Shown: positions 1 through 10,841, counted from the stretch's first letter. The stretch: DNA of 64,000 nucleotides from an uncultured Bacilli bacterium (GCA_947632065.1 CANRNO010000001.1:5803-69802), one strand, 5' to 3'. Notes: generated from the sequence alone by a model not told the origin. Numbers and translations are program-made.

Positions 1-1
1 T

Positions 2-166
2 AAAAAAATAGATTTAGATAGTTATATACCTGAGGATAAAAGTTATGTAAATAATGTAGTAAAACTAACAAGTGGAGTAAGTCGTGGAATAGAAAAATCT
101 ATGAATACTATTATGAGGTATATATTTAAAGAAATGGAAAAAGCAGTAAAAGAAAATAATAAGTAA
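2..166 (+). CDS. 3' end of an upstream gene entering the window (C-terminal fragment, unknown function)
   Basis: Open frame from the window edge to TAA at 164-166; no homology recognised. Confidence 0.3.
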   Translation, partial: KKIDLDSYIPEDKSYVNNVVKLTSGVSRGIEKSMNTIMRYIFKEMEKAVKENNK

Positions 167-215
167 TATTTAAAAAGAAATATAAATCTGTTAAAATAAT
201 ACATAGGAGGTCTAT

Positions 216-695
216 ATGAAAGATATTAATTTTAAAATAGATAATATAAACTTTTTATGTAGAAGTTGTGCTATTGTAAGAAATAATGATAAAGTTTTAT
301 TCCAAAAACTAAAAAAAGATACCTTTTGGGCTTTACCCGGAGGAAAGATTGCCTTAGGAGAGACGACGAAAGACGCGATAAGAAGAGAGTTAAAAGAAGA
401 GTTAGATATAGAAGATATTAGTATAAAAGATACCTCATCTGTTGCTGAAAACTTCTATGTTAAAAACAATACTAAGATACATCAATATATATTTACTCAT
501 AAAGTAGTATTTAACGATCCTAAATATAATGATATAGAAGATACATTTGATAGTAAAGAAGAAGGTAAAGATACAATATTTACTTGGATAAAAACAAGTG
601 ATTTAAAAAAGTCTTTAATAAAACCAGATTATATAATAGATATAATATTAAAAGATAATGATGATGTAGTTTTTTCAACTAACATAGAAGATTAA
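216..695 (+). CDS. NUDIX hydrolase
   Basis: 159-aa ORF with a Nudix box (ALPGGKIALGETTKDAIRRELKEELDIE); GGAGG RBS upstream. Confidence 0.7.
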   Translation: MKDINFKIDNINFLCRSCAIVRNNDKVLFQKLKKDTFWALPGGKIALGETTKDAIRRELKEELDIEDISIKDTSSVAENFYVKNNTKIHQYIFTHKVVFNDPKYNDIEDTFDSKEEGKDTIFTWIKTSDLKKSLIKPDYIIDIILKDNDDVVFSTNIED

Positions 696-766
696 AGTGT
701 TTTTGCTTTAATCTTTTAATATATAAATAAATTTGTTATAATAAGTAGTGTTTAGGAGGTGTCAAA

Positions 767-2560
767 ATGCAAGAATTTATAAGAAACTTTTGTATAATTG
801 CACACATTGATCATGGTAAATCAACTCTCGCAGATCGTATATTAGAAAAAACTAATGCTCTTGATAAAAGACAAATGAAAGATCAATTACTAGATTCTAT
901 GGATATAGAAAGAGAACGTGGTATAACTATTAAACTTAATACAGTAGAATTAACTTATAATTATAAAGGACAAGATTATTTTCTAAATTTAATAGATACT
1001 CCAGGACATGTAGATTTCTCATATGAAGTATCTCGTTCACTAGCCGCAAGCGAAGGAGCACTACTTGTAGTAGATGCCTCTCAAGGAATAGAAGCTCAAA
1101 CACTTGCCAATCTATATCTAGCCCTTGATAATAACTTAACAATAATACCTGTAATTAATAAAATAGACCTTCCTAATGCTGATGTAGAAAAAGTAACAGA
1201 AGAATTAATAAATCTTGGATTTGATAAAGAAGATATCGTTTTAACAAGTGCTAAAACAGGACAAGGAGTAGAAGAGTTACTTGAAAAAATAATAAAGATT
1301 ATACCTTCTCCAAAAGGAGATAGTAAAAAACCTCTAAAAGCATTAATATTTGATAGTATCTTTGATCCATATAAAGGAATAATCACAAGTATTAGAGTAG
1401 TAGATGGAGAAATAAGAAAAAAAGATATTATTTTAATGATGCAAACAAATGCCTTTTATGAAGTGTTATCTCTTAGTATAAATACTCCTAAAGAAAAAGA
1501 AGTAGATGTACTAAAAACAGGACAAGTAGGATACCTTTATGCATCAATTAAAAGTATAGAAGATGTAAAAGTAGGGGATACCATAACTCATAAAGATAAT
1601 AAATGTGATAAAGCACTTTTAGGATATAAACCAATGAAACCAACAGTATATTCAGGTATTTATCCAATAGAGTCAAATAAATTTGAAGATTTAAGAGAAT
1701 CTTTAGAAAAGCTAAAATTAAATGATGCTGCCTTAACCTTTGAACCGGAAACATCAACTGCTTTAGGATTTGGTTTTAGATGTGGTTTTCTAGGACTTCT
1801 ACATATGGAAATAATTCAAGAAAGACTTGAACGTGAATTTGGAATAGAAATAATCGCTACATCTCCATCAGTTATTTATAAAGTAGAATTAACAAATAAA
1901 AATACAATATTAGTAGATTCACCAAACAAAATGCCAGATAAAGTAAAAATAAAAAAGACACTTGAACCTTACGTTAAAATAAGTATCTTTTCACCAAAAG
2001 AATATATCGGACCAATAATGGAATTATGTCAAAACAAAAGAGGAAGTTTTCTAAATATGGATTACCTAGATGAAAAACGTGTTACCATAAATTATGAAAT
2101 GCCTCTTGCTGAAATAGTATATGATTTCTTTGATAAATTAAAGTCATACACTAAAGGATATGCTTCATTTGATTATGAAGTAACAGATTATAAAGAAAGT
2201 TCTTTAGTTAAAATGGATATTTTACTTAATGGAGAAATTGTAGATGCTCTAAGTTTAATAGTACATAAAGATTTTGCTTATAATCGTGGTAAAGCTATAG
2301 TTGCTAAATTAAAAGAAATTATTCCAAGACAATTATTCGAAGTACCAATTCAAGCAAGTATAGGATCAAAAATAATTGCTAGAGCTGATATAAAAGCTAT
2401 GAGAAAAAATGTTCTTGCTAAATGTTATGGTGGAGATGTATCACGTAAGAAAAAACTTCTAGAAAAACAAAAAGCAGGAAAGAAAAAGATGAAAATGTTA
2501 GGAAGTGTAGAAGTACCAAGTGAAGCATTCTTATCTATTTTAAAGGCTGATGAAAAATGA
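767..2560 (+). CDS. lepA: Elongation factor 4 (LepA)
   Basis: 597 aa; G-domain motifs AHIDHGKST and DTPGHVDF; LepA-specific C-terminal domain; the TGA stop overlaps the next gene's ATG. Confidence 0.95.
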   Translation: MQEFIRNFCIIAHIDHGKSTLADRILEKTNALDKRQMKDQLLDSMDIERERGITIKLNTVELTYNYKGQDYFLNLIDTPGHVDFSYEVSRSLAASEGALLVVDASQGIEAQTLANLYLALDNNLTIIPVINKIDLPNADVEKVTEELINLGFDKEDIVLTSAKTGQGVEELLEKIIKIIPSPKGDSKKPLKALIFDSIFDPYKGIITSIRVVDGEIRKKDIILMMQTNAFYEVLSLSINTPKEKEVDVLKTGQVGYLYASIKSIEDVKVGDTITHKDNKCDKALLGYKPMKPTVYSGIYPIESNKFEDLRESLEKLKLNDAALTFEPETSTALGFGFRCGFLGLLHMEIIQERLEREFGIEIIATSPSVIYKVELTNKNTILVDSPNKMPDKVKIKKTLEPYVKISIFSPKEYIGPIMELCQNKRGSFLNMDYLDEKRVTINYEMPLAEIVYDFFDKLKSYTKGYASFDYEVTDYKESSLVKMDILLNGEIVDALSLIVHKDFAYNRGKAIVAKLKEIIPRQLFEVPIQASIGSKIIARADIKAMRKNVLAKCYGGDVSRKKKLLEKQKAGKKKMKMLGSVEVPSEAFLSILKADEK

Positions 2561-3669
2561 TAAAAGCCATGTATGTTCATATCCCATTTTGTAATAATAT
2601 CTGTTCTTATTGTGATTTCCCTAAAATATATTATCAAGAAGATTTAATAGATAAATATCTAGATACACTAAACTATGAATTAGAAAAAGTTTATAAAAAA
2701 GAAATGATAGATACTATTTATATAGGAGGAGGAACTCCTAGTAGTCTTTCTTTAAAACAGACAATAAAACTATTTGAAATATTAAAAAAAGTTAAGAAAA
2801 GTAAAAATATAGAATTCACAATAGAAGCTAATTTCGATTCCATAACAGAAGAAAAATTAGATTTATATAAAAAGTATGGTATTAATAGAATAAGTTTTGG
2901 TCTAGAAACTACTTGTAATAAACATCTAAAATTTTTAAATAGAACTCTTTCTAAAAAGAAAGTAAAACAAGTAATAGATTATGCAAACAAAATGGGGATA
3001 AAAAATATAAATATAGATTTAATATATGGAATGCCAAAAGAGAGGATAGATGAATTAGAACAAGATTTAGATTTTATCCTTTCACTAGATATAACTCATA
3101 TCTCAACTTATTCTCTAATTATAGAAGAGCATACTAAACTTTTTATAAATAATATAGAAAATATAGATGAAGATTTAGACTATAAGATGTATGAGATAAT
3201 TAGGAAAAAATTAAAAGAAAATAATTTTTATCAATATGAGATTAGTAATTTTTCTAAAAAAGGCTATGAAAGTAGACATAACTTAACTTACTGGAATAAT
3301 GAAAAGTATTATGGTATTGGTCTTGGAGCATCTTCTTACATTAATGACAGAAGAATTACTAATACTAGAAGTATAAATAAATACTTAGAAAAAAAGTTTA
3401 TTTATACAGAAGAAAAACTAACTATAGATGATAAATGTATTTACGAAATGATTTTAGGACTTAGAAAAATAAAAGGAATAAAAAAAGAAGAGTTTTTTAA
3501 AAAATATAATTGTCATATCGAAGAAAAGTTTGATATAATGAATTTGAAAGATAAAAAATTGTTAGAAGAGAATAATGGATATATATTTATACCACAAGAT
3601 AAATTATATATTCAAAATGAAATACTTTTATCATTCGTAGGAGGTAGTAGTAATGGAAAAAGAGAGTAA
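2557..3669 (+). CDS. hemW: Radical-SAM haem chaperone HemW (HemN-like, oxygen-independent coproporphyrinogen-III oxidase family)
   Basis: CxxxCxxC motif ([10 protein letters not shown]), GGGTPS motif, 370 aa; classical lepA-hemW synteny. Confidence 0.85.
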   Translation: MIKAMYVHIPFCNNICSYCDFPKIYYQEDLIDKYLDTLNYELEKVYKKEMIDTIYIGGGTPSSLSLKQTIKLFEILKKVKKSKNIEFTIEANFDSITEEKLDLYKKYGINRISFGLETTCNKHLKFLNRTLSKKKVKQVIDYANKMGIKNINIDLIYGMPKERIDELEQDLDFILSLDITHISTYSLIIEEHTKLFINNIENIDEDLDYKMYEIIRKKLKENNFYQYEISNFSKKGYESRHNLTYWNNEKYYGIGLGASSYINDRRITNTRSINKYLEKKFIYTEEKLTIDDKCIYEMILGLRKIKGIKKEEFFKKYNCHIEEKFDIMNLKDKKLLEENNGYIFIPQDKLYIQNEILLSFVGGSSNGKRE

Positions 3670-4243
3670 AATAAAACAGTTTGAAAGAGAACTTAGATAT
3701 ATTAAAAGTGAAAGAATAAAAGAAAGTGCTGAAGTGATGATTTCTAAATTACCAGATTATTTTTTTGAAGTAGCCGCAGCATCCACAGGAAAATATCATC
3801 CTAAATATGCCGCAGGATTTGGAGGGCTTCTTCGTCATACAAAAGCAGCTGTTCGTATCGCACATGAATTATTAGATGATCCAGCAATCGGAGGAAAATA
3901 TACAGATGATGAAAAAGATATTATGTTAATGGGACTTATGCTACATGATGGTCTAAAACTAGGCAAAGATAAAGAACGCTATACTAGATTTGATCATCCT
4001 CTATTAATGGCAGAGTATATAAAAGAAAATAAAGAAGAATTAAGTCTAACAGAAGAAGAAATAAAACTAATCACATCTGTTATAAAAACTCATATGGGAC
4101 CATGGACCAAAGACTATCATGGAAATGAAGTATTAGAAAAACCAACAACTAAATATGAATGCTTTGTTCATATGTGTGATTATCTTGCAAGTCGTAAATG
4201 TCTACTTTTAGAATTCGATGATAACAACAATATCCTAGGATAA
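3653..4243 (+). CDS. HD-domain phosphohydrolase
   Basis: H..HD...D spacing (HTKAAVRIAHELL ... LMLHDGLKLG ... MCDYL); overlaps the hemW stop by 17 nt. Confidence 0.65.
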   Translation: MEKESKIKQFERELRYIKSERIKESAEVMISKLPDYFFEVAAASTGKYHPKYAAGFGGLLRHTKAAVRIAHELLDDPAIGGKYTDDEKDIMLMGLMLHDGLKLGKDKERYTRFDHPLLMAEYIKENKEELSLTEEEIKLITSVIKTHMGPWTKDYHGNEVLEKPTTKYECFVHMCDYLASRKCLLLEFDDNNNILG

Positions 4244-4260
4244 AAGAAAAGAGTGATAAT

Positions 4261-5646
4261 ATGGACTACACCATGTTAGTAAATAAATATCATAAAATTA
4301 ACAAAGAAGAAATAGAAAAAATAAAAAAAGTCTCTTCTAAAAATGTTCGAGGTAAAGACATTTTAATTGAAGAAGAGACTCTTCTTCACTTTAATGAGCT
4401 AAAAAAGTTTATTAAAGAAAAAGAAAATATAACTATTGGTATTGAAAGTGCTTTTAGAAGTATAGAAGAACAAGAAAAAATACTTGATGAACTTACAACT
4501 ATTTATGGTAAAGAATACTCTAAAAAATATGTTGCCATGCCCAAAACTTCAGAACATCATACCGCACTTGCTATAGACTTTGTAATAAAACAAAATGGTA
4601 AGTATCCTAAAGACAACAAAGAGATAATGAAAGATAAAAATATATATGAAAAAATACATCCATACTTATCAGATTTTGGATTTATTCTAAGATATCCAAA
4701 AGGAAAAGAAAAAATAACTAAATATAACTATGAACCATGGCATATTAGATATGTAGGTAAAAAAGCAAAGGAAATAGAAGAGAAAAAACTAACATTAGAA
4801 GAATACTACATAAAAAAAAATAGTGGAGTATTACTAGTAAATAAAGAAAAAGATATGACTTCTCGTGATGTAGTAAATATAGTAAGTAAAACATTAGGTA
4901 TCAAAAAAGTAGGTCATACAGGAACACTTGATCCTCTTGCTACTGGACTTTTAGTAATAACTATTGGTGATGCTACTAAAATAGGAGAATTACTCATAAC
5001 AAGCGATAAAGAGTATATTGCCGAGTTTAAACTAGGAGTTCTAACAGATACTCTAGACATAACAGGAAATATCCTAAAGAAAAAAGAAATAAAAGAGAAT
5101 ATAGATATAAAACAAGCTTTAAATTATTTTACTAAAACTTATATGCAAGAAGTACCAATCTTTTCCGCAGTCAAAATAAATGGTAAAAAACTATATGAAT
5201 ACGCAAGAGAAAATAAAAAAGTAAATCTTCCAAAAAAAGAAGTAACTATTAAAAAACTAGAATTACTAGAAGAAAAAGATAATACTTACAAAATAAAATG
5301 TTTAGTAAGTAAAGGAACATATATAAGAAGTTTAATAAGAGATATAGGAGAATATCTTAATACTTATGCAACTATGACTTCTCTTGAAAGGATAAATCAA
5401 AATAAATTTAATTTAAAAGATGCTTATACAATAGATGAAATAAAAAATAATAAGTTTAAAATTATCCCAATTAAAGATTCTCTTAATATAAAGAAAATAA
5501 ATATAAAAGACAATTTACTTTTCAAAGTAAAAAACGGTGCTAAAATAAATTTAAATGAAAAAGAAAAAGTTTTATTTTTAGATCAATATAATAATCCTAT
5601 CGCAATATATGAAGGAGACGGTAGAGCATGGAAAGTATTCTCATAA
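4261..5646 (+). CDS. truB: Fusion ORF: N-terminal VanY-like D-Ala-D-Ala carboxypeptidase (peptidase M15B, no signal peptide) fused to tRNA pseudouridine(55) synthase TruB
   Basis: N-terminal SEHHTALAIDF...EPWHIRYVG (M15 zinc-peptidase motifs); C-terminal GHTGTLDPLATGLLVI (TruB catalytic Asp motif). The junction lies at an A9 tract (4812-4820) with no in-frame start codon for the TruB half. Confidence 0.7.
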   Translation: MDYTMLVNKYHKINKEEIEKIKKVSSKNVRGKDILIEEETLLHFNELKKFIKEKENITIGIESAFRSIEEQEKILDELTTIYGKEYSKKYVAMPKTSEHHTALAIDFVIKQNGKYPKDNKEIMKDKNIYEKIHPYLSDFGFILRYPKGKEKITKYNYEPWHIRYVGKKAKEIEEKKLTLEEYYIKKNSGVLLVNKEKDMTSRDVVNIVSKTLGIKKVGHTGTLDPLATGLLVITIGDATKIGELLITSDKEYIAEFKLGVLTDTLDITGNILKKKEIKENIDIKQALNYFTKTYMQEVPIFSAVKINGKKLYEYARENKKVNLPKKEVTIKKLELLEEKDNTYKIKCLVSKGTYIRSLIRDIGEYLNTYATMTSLERINQNKFNLKDAYTIDEIKNNKFKIIPIKDSLNIKKINIKDNLLFKVKNGAKINLNEKEKVLFLDQYNNPIAIYEGDGRAWKVFS

Positions 5647-6308
5647 AGAAATTAAAAGAAAATAAAGATTTAAAATATAAAGAATTCAACTCAAAAATAA
5701 TTTCTACAAAATATCCTATGATAGGAGTTAAAACTCCAATATTAAAACGTATTGCTAAAGAAATAAGTAAAAAAGACTATAAAACATTTTTAAAAAATAA
5801 AAATACTGATTACTATGAAACAGTCTTAATAGAAGGATTTGTTATATCTAATATCAAAGATTTAAAAGAGATGCTTATATACTTTGATAAATTTATAAAA
5901 AAAATAGATAACTGGGCTATATGTGATATGACAGTATCTAGTATGAAAATAGTTAAGAAAAATAAAGATATATTTAAAGCTAAAATAAAAGAATATCTAA
6001 ATTCCAAAGAAGAATTTACAGTAAGAGTAGGGATTATACTACTTCTTGATTATTATATAGAAGAAGAATATTTAGATGAAGTATTTAGCTTAATAGATAA
6101 TATAAAAAGAGAAGAGTATTATATAAATATGGCAATAGCTTGGCTTATAAGTATTGCACTAATAAAATATAAAGATAAAACATTGAAGTATTTAAAAGTA
6201 TGTAATCTAGATGATTTTACATATAATAAAGCTTTACAAAAAGCAAGAGAATCAACAAGGATATCTAAAAAAGATAAAGTATATTATCAAAGTTTAAAAA
6301 GAAAATAA
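5628..6308 (+). CDS. DNA alkylation repair enzyme-like HEAT-repeat protein (AlkC/AlkD family)
   Basis: 226 aa; an N-terminal region resembling the DNA-alkylation-repair (PF08713) family; the start overlaps the truB end. Confidence 0.5.
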   Translation: MESILIKKLKENKDLKYKEFNSKIISTKYPMIGVKTPILKRIAKEISKKDYKTFLKNKNTDYYETVLIEGFVISNIKDLKEMLIYFDKFIKKIDNWAICDMTVSSMKIVKKNKDIFKAKIKEYLNSKEEFTVRVGIILLLDYYIEEEYLDEVFSLIDNIKREEYYINMAIAWLISIALIKYKDKTLKYLKVCNLDDFTYNKALQKARESTRISKKDKVYYQSLKRK

Positions 6309-6319
6309 AGGTGGTTATA

Positions 6320-6661
6320 ATGAACTTAAAAAATAAAAGAATAATATCTATATCATCAATAATAATATTTATGATCGCAATACCATTTATAATTGTTAGT
6401 ATGCAAGATATTAAATCAGGATTACTTTCAATTCTTATTATGATTATAGATCCAATATTATCTATATTTATAGGTATTATAATTGGAGAAGATTATAAAG
6501 ACTTATGGTATATACCAATTATAGAAATATTACTATTCTTATTATTTTTCTTTATAATTTTTAAAGATGTTGCAACAGAATATCTGCTAGTTGCAATTAT
6601 CTATCTAACATTATCAATAACTGCCATAATTATTACAAATTTAATACAAAAGAAAACGTGA
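6320..6661 (+). CDS. Small integral membrane protein (3-4 TM)
   Basis: Highly hydrophobic 113-aa ORF; GGTGG RBS 6 nt before the ATG at 6320 (the ORF track's GTG at 6311 is less likely). Confidence 0.45.
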   Translation: MNLKNKRIISISSIIIFMIAIPFIIVSMQDIKSGLLSILIMIIDPILSIFIGIIIGEDYKDLWYIPIIEILLFLLFFFIIFKDVATEYLLVAIIYLTLSITAIIITNLIQKKT

Positions 6662-6678
6662 TTAAATCACGCTTTTTT
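6653..6678. terminator. Bidirectional intrinsic terminator between convergent genes
   Basis: AAAA-cgtga-ttaaa-tcacg-c-TTTTTT: the stem is flanked by an A-run and a T-run, so it can terminate either strand. Confidence 0.45.
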
Positions 6679-7546
6679 ATTGATATAATTCATCTTTTAA
6701 AGTCTCTAAATTTTCTTTCATAATAGATAGATAATCTTCACCTTGATCTCTTTGTTCATCATCTAAATTATCAAGTCTGTTAAGTTTTAATAATTCTAAA
6801 GAATAATTTTTTAAAAGTTTATCAGTAGTAGAAGTATTATCAGCACCCTCAAAATTAAATATATAATTAATCTTTCCATCTTCTATAAGATCAATTACTT
6901 CACTAAGGTCTTTCTCAGAAATATCATCATCTAAACAATATACTTTAAGACCAAACTTTTCTAAATATTTTAAAGAACTATCATTAACAACTAAAACTTT
7001 ATTTAAAGAATTATCAACTGTTAATCTATAATCAGCATCCAACTCAGATAAACTTATTTTTAAAGAATTATAATGAGAATTAATAGATTTTTGTAAATAA
7101 GAACTTGTAATATATTCTTTTAGACCATCTTTAATATTTTGAGCCATAGTAAGAAGTGAATTAGGATTTAACCAAAGTTCTTCAGGAGAATAATCAGTCT
7201 CAAGAACATAAGCACTATCTATAATTTTTAATTCACTATTTAAATCAAGAAACTCCATCGCAAGATCTCTTTCTTTTTCAATAAGACCATTATAAACAAA
7301 TAAATCACGACTACTATAATCTTTCTTTTGTTTCTTGCTAACCTTATAATCATCAATAGAAACACCATCAGGATAAATAGAAGTAATAGTAGAATGATCT
7401 CCATATAATTTTTCAACTATATATTCATTAGGATAGTTAGTAACTACAACCTCACCACCATCCATATTATCTTGCTTACATCCAGTTGTTGAAAACACTA
7501 CAACAATTAGTAAAACGCTAAGACTTAACAACTTTAACTTTTTCAT
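6677..7546 (-). CDS. TroA/ZnuA-like metal-binding lipoprotein (solute-binding protein family; metal-ligand His of the PHxYEP motif lost)
   Basis: Lipobox [11 protein letters not shown] after the MKKLKLL start (GGAGG RBS; the start is trimmed from the ORF-track 7585); VVVTNYP...LFVYNGL pattern of cluster-9 SBPs; no ABC partner genes adjacent. Confidence 0.5.
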   Translation of the reverse strand: MKKLKLLSLSVLLIVVVFSTTGCKQDNMDGGEVVVTNYPNEYIVEKLYGDHSTITSIYPDGVSIDDYKVSKKQKKDYSSRDLFVYNGLIEKERDLAMEFLDLNSELKIIDSAYVLETDYSPEELWLNPNSLLTMAQNIKDGLKEYITSSYLQKSINSHYNSLKISLSELDADYRLTVDNSLNKVLVVNDSSLKYLEKFGLKVYCLDDDISEKDLSEVIDLIEDGKINYIFNFEGADNTSTTDKLLKNYSLELLKLNRLDNLDDEQRDQGEDYLSIMKENLETLKDELYQ

Positions 7547-7763
7547 AATTTCCTCCTTTTGGTACAGGATCATATCCATAACCACCTAGTGGATTGCACC
7601 TCATTATTCTTTTTATTCCAAGATACACCCCTTTAAAAGAACCATGTATTAAAATAGCCTCTTTCATATACTCAGAACAAGTAGGAGTATATCTACAAGA
7701 TTTATGAAAATCTCCTGGTATTTTCTGATAAGAATTAATCAAAAAAATAAGTAACTTCTTCAT
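7518..7763 (-). CDS. yidD: Membrane protein insertion efficiency factor YidD
   Basis: 81 aa; conserved [10 protein letters not shown]...[14 protein letters not shown] signature. Confidence 0.85.
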   Translation of the reverse strand: MKKLLIFLINSYQKIPGDFHKSCRYTPTCSEYMKEAILIHGSFKGVYLGIKRIMRCNPLGGYGYDPVPKGGNYEKVKVVKS

Positions 7764-7904
7764 ACAATCACCATGTTATAATTTTACTATATCTTTATAT
7801 AAATATCAATTATCTTTGAATTTTTTAATGTAAAAAACAAGAATAATAATTATATATAATTATAAAAAATTATTAAAATAAGTAAAAAAGTGTTATAATT
7901 TTAA

Positions 7905-8600
7905 ATGAAAGTTGGTGTTAAAGTGGAAGAGTTATTTAAAAAGTTAAATATAAAACCAAAAGACTTATCTTTATATGAAAAAGCCTTTTCTCATTCTTCG
8001 TATGCTAATGAACATAAAGCAAAACAAGATTATGAAAGATTAGAGTTTTTAGGAGATGCTGTACTTGATTTAGTAGTATCAGACTATCTTTATAAAAAAG
8101 AAAATCTTCAAGAAGGACAAATGACTAAAATAAGAGCAAGCTATGTATGTACGGATGCTAATGCCTTTTATGCCAAAGATTTAGGACTAGAGAAATATGT
8201 TAAAGTAGGTCATGGAGAAGAAAAAAAAGGAAAGACAATAGAAAAACATATCATTGCGGATACTTTTGAATCCCTAATGGGTGCAATATATTTAGACTTA
8301 GGATACCAAACAGTAAGAAGAGTAATTTTATCAATAGTACCTAAATATATAGAAGATAAAAATATAATGTTTTTTAAAGATTATAAATCAGTTCTTCAAG
8401 AATATACTCAAACAAGTAAAAAATCATTAAATTATGAAATTATTAAAGAAGAAGGACCAGCTCATGATAAGAGTTTCACAGTTGCTGTAATGATTGATGA
8501 AATAAACTATGGAGAAGGTAGTGCTAAAAGCAAAAAAAGTGCAGAACAAGAAGCTGCCCGTAAAGCCTTAGAAAAACTTGCTAAAAACAGCGAAATTTGA
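7905..8600 (+). CDS. rnc: Ribonuclease III
   Basis: ERLEFLGDAVLDLVVSDYLY RNase III signature plus a C-terminal dsRBD; start not certain (7905 vs the GTG at 7923). Confidence 0.9.
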   Translation: MKVGVKVEELFKKLNIKPKDLSLYEKAFSHSSYANEHKAKQDYERLEFLGDAVLDLVVSDYLYKKENLQEGQMTKIRASYVCTDANAFYAKDLGLEKYVKVGHGEEKKGKTIEKHIIADTFESLMGAIYLDLGYQTVRRVILSIVPKYIEDKNIMFFKDYKSVLQEYTQTSKKSLNYEIIKEEGPAHDKSFTVAVMIDEINYGEGSAKSKKSAEQEAARKALEKLAKNSEI

Positions 8601-8653
8601 TATAATTAACTAGTTGTATTTACGTCCCACAACAAAAAGAAAGGAGAAAAATA

Positions 8654-10309
8654 ATGAGTAAAATTAAAATTTTCAGTTTAGGAGGACTAAACGAAAATGG
8701 AAAAAATATGTACGTCGTAAATGTAGACGGAAATATATTTGTTTTTGATGCCGGTTTAAAATTTGATAATGATAAAAATTTAGGAATAGATTATATCTTA
8801 CCTAACTTTGATTATTTAATTAAAAATAAAAGAAAAATTAAAGGTATTTTCTTAACGCATGGACATGAAAGTAATATGGGAGCAACCAAAGATATAATAG
8901 AGGCAATACCAAGTATTAATGTTTATGCCACAAAACTTACTATGGAAATACTAAAAAGAGATTTAGAAGATAATGGAGTGAAAAAAGCTAATTTAAAACA
9001 AATTAGACCACATCACAAAATAGAATTTGGAAAAGATCTTGCTATATTCCCAGTAAGTATAACGCATTCTATTCCTGATGCAGTATGCTATGTATTGTAT
9101 ACAAAAGATGGTGCGATTGTTTATACAGGAGACTTTGTCTTTGATTCAACTATGATGGGACCATATAAAACAGATATTGGAAAACTAGCATATGTTGGAA
9201 AACAAGGAGTACTATGCCTACTTGCAGAATCAATGTATGCATCTCGAAAAGGACATACATCTCCACATAATAGAGTATCAAGTTTTATAAGAGAAGTACT
9301 TGTAAAACATGAAAATAGAATAATCGCCACAATTTTTCCGGCACACTTTTATAGAATTCAAGAAATATTTAATGAAGTATCCAAAACACATCGTAAGATT
9401 GTAGTTATGGGTAAAAACTTACAAGAGACAATTAATAAAGCAATTGAAGAAAAATACTTAACTGTAAATAAAAATAGAATAGGGGATTTATCTAATTTAA
9501 ATGATAAAGATGTAGTTGTTTTAATATCAGATGAAAAAGAAAGACCATTTGTAAATTTAGAAAAAATTGTAAAGGGATATGATAAATACATAAAATTAAA
9601 AGAAACAGATACTATCTTTATCACAGAGCCATCTTATGAAGGAGTAGAAAGAAGAATGACTATGCTTATGGATGAGATTGCTATTATGGGAATCGATGCA
9701 GTAAGTCTTTCAAATAAAAAACATCTACTTCATCATGCATCTAGTGAAGATTTAATGTTAATGATAAATTTAATGAATCCAAAATACTATTTTCCAGTAC
9801 AAGGAGAATACAAAGATCAATGTGCAAATGCTGAAGTTGCTGAATCTCTAGGAATTAAAAAAGAAAATATTCTACTAAAACAAAATGGAGATGTAGTAGA
9901 ATTTGTAGATGGAAAACTAAAAGAGACAACTGAGCATATTGAGACAGATGAAATATTAATAGATGGTAGAAATCAAGGAGATATTGGATATTTAGTTCTT
10001 AAAGATAGAGAAATGTTAGGAGAAAATGGTATCGTAATTGTTAGTTGTACATTAGATAAGAAAACTAAAAAAATAATTGGAGGACCAGAAATTCTAACAA
10101 GAGGTTTTGTCTACGTAAAAGAAAATCAAGATCTTTTAGAAGAAACTAAAGAAATATCTTTACAAACAATAGAAGATAATATTGTAGTAAACTCCAAAAG
10201 AGTAGACTATACAAAAATAAAAAATGATGTAAGAGAAAGATTAGGTAAATTCTTTTATCAAACAACTGAGTCAAAGCCTATGATTATTACAGTTATCCAA
10301 GAAGTATAA
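8654..10309 (+). CDS. rnj: Ribonuclease J (metallo-beta-lactamase/beta-CASP)
   Basis: 551 aa; HGHESNMG (the HxHxDH region) and beta-CASP motifs; strong AAAGGAG RBS. Confidence 0.9.
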   Translation: MSKIKIFSLGGLNENGKNMYVVNVDGNIFVFDAGLKFDNDKNLGIDYILPNFDYLIKNKRKIKGIFLTHGHESNMGATKDIIEAIPSINVYATKLTMEILKRDLEDNGVKKANLKQIRPHHKIEFGKDLAIFPVSITHSIPDAVCYVLYTKDGAIVYTGDFVFDSTMMGPYKTDIGKLAYVGKQGVLCLLAESMYASRKGHTSPHNRVSSFIREVLVKHENRIIATIFPAHFYRIQEIFNEVSKTHRKIVVMGKNLQETINKAIEEKYLTVNKNRIGDLSNLNDKDVVVLISDEKERPFVNLEKIVKGYDKYIKLKETDTIFITEPSYEGVERRMTMLMDEIAIMGIDAVSLSNKKHLLHHASSEDLMLMINLMNPKYYFPVQGEYKDQCANAEVAESLGIKKENILLKQNGDVVEFVDGKLKETTEHIETDEILIDGRNQGDIGYLVLKDREMLGENGIVIVSCTLDKKTKKIIGGPEILTRGFVYVKENQDLLEETKEISLQTIEDNIVVNSKRVDYTKIKNDVRERLGKFFYQTTESKPMIITVIQEV

Positions 10310-10310
10310 A

Positions 10311-10345
10311 AAGTTACTAATAAAAATAGTAACTTTTTTTTAGAA
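10311..10345 (+). terminator. rnj intrinsic terminator
   Basis: agttacta-ataaaaa-tagtaact stem followed by T8. Confidence 0.55.
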
Positions 10346-10448
10346 ATATGCAATAAAATATAATTTTTCCTATTATATAATAAATGGAGGCTCAATTTAG
10401 AGCGTTTGCCTTTTAAAGTCCATAGGGGGTTTAAAAGGAGGTGATACT

Positions 10449-10517
10449 ATGAGTAAGAAAGATTTATTAATTGGATTACTTATAGTAGTCATTATTTTGT
10501 TAATTGTCTATAATTAA
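10449..10517 (+). CDS. 22-aa hydrophobic peptide MSKKDLLIGLLIVVIILLIVYN (candidate type I toxin, copy 1)
   Basis: AAAGGAGG SD 6 nt upstream; charged N-terminus plus a single TM helix; stop immediately followed by a palindrome; a paralogous copy lies 317 bp downstream. Confidence 0.4.
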   Translation: MSKKDLLIGLLIVVIILLIVYN

Positions 10518-10525
10518 TAAAAAAA

Positions 10526-10544
10526 GCACTCAATTTGAGTGCTA
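10526..10544 (-). terminator. Minus-strand intrinsic terminator (agcactcaatttgagtgct preceded on + by A6, i.e. followed by T6 on the minus strand), copy 1
   Basis: Perfect 9/9 inverted repeat; the T-run is on the minus strand only, so it terminates a transcript converging on the small ORF. Confidence 0.45.
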
Positions 10545-10618
10545 ACCAAAAACTATTAGGTAAGCCTCAATACTTGGGCCTTCCTTTTTATTTTATGTAA
10601 TTATCATCTGTTATATTC

Positions 10619-10647
10619 ATATTATCATAAGTAAAATTAATTTTCAA
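10619..10647 (-). promoter_or_regulatory. Minus-strand sigma-A-like promoter TTGAAA-17-TGaTAATAT driving a ~90-nt antisense RNA toward the 10526-10544 terminator
   Basis: Reverse complement of 10619-10647 reads ttgaaa attaattttacttatga taatat with an extended TG; conserved in both cassette copies. Confidence 0.35.
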
Positions 10648-10765
10648 TCTATAAATTTTATAAAAAGTGAAAAAAGTTTTATTTTTCCTAGTATATAATA
10701 AGTGAAGGTTCAAATGAGCGTTTGCCTCTTAATAATCTAAAGGGGGTTAGGAGGAGGTGATTGCT

Positions 10766-10834
10766 ATGAGTAAAAAAGATTTATTAATTGAATTACTTAT
10801 AATAATCATTATTTTGTTAATTGTATTTAATTAA
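10766..10834 (+). CDS. 22-aa hydrophobic peptide MSKKDLLIELLIIIIILLIVFN (candidate type I toxin, copy 2)
   Basis: Same architecture as copy 1: GGAGGAGG SD, 22 codons, stop followed by the same palindrome at 10842-10860. Confidence 0.4.
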   Translation: MSKKDLLIELLIIIIILLIVFN

Positions 10835-10841
10835 TAAAAAA

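Noticed and set aside
936-1757. Several 60-100-aa minus-strand ORFs inside lepA (936-1142, 1096-1386, 1548-1757)
   Set aside because: Entirely embedded antisense in a highly conserved gene; Leu/Ile/Phe-rich low-complexity translations typical of AT-rich antisense frames. The same reasoning applies to the other short embedded antisense ORFs in the track (e.g. 9121-9624, 12993-13313, 13605-13901, 14107-14421, 20936-21163, 23133-23330, 23794-24012, 35024-35383, 37531-38016, 38440-38628, 41864-42070, 42592-42795, 43243-43425, 46853-47092, 47969-48277, 48773-49030, 53417-53611, 55091-55621, 56385-56654, 57848-58048, 58744-59019).
10380-10448. Riboswitch or T-box in the ~70-nt leaders of the small-peptide cassettes
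   Set aside because: Too short, and no recognisable conserved riboswitch core. An SD-sequestering stem typical of type I toxin mRNAs is a simpler reading, so it is reported within the type I toxin-antitoxin hypothesis instead.
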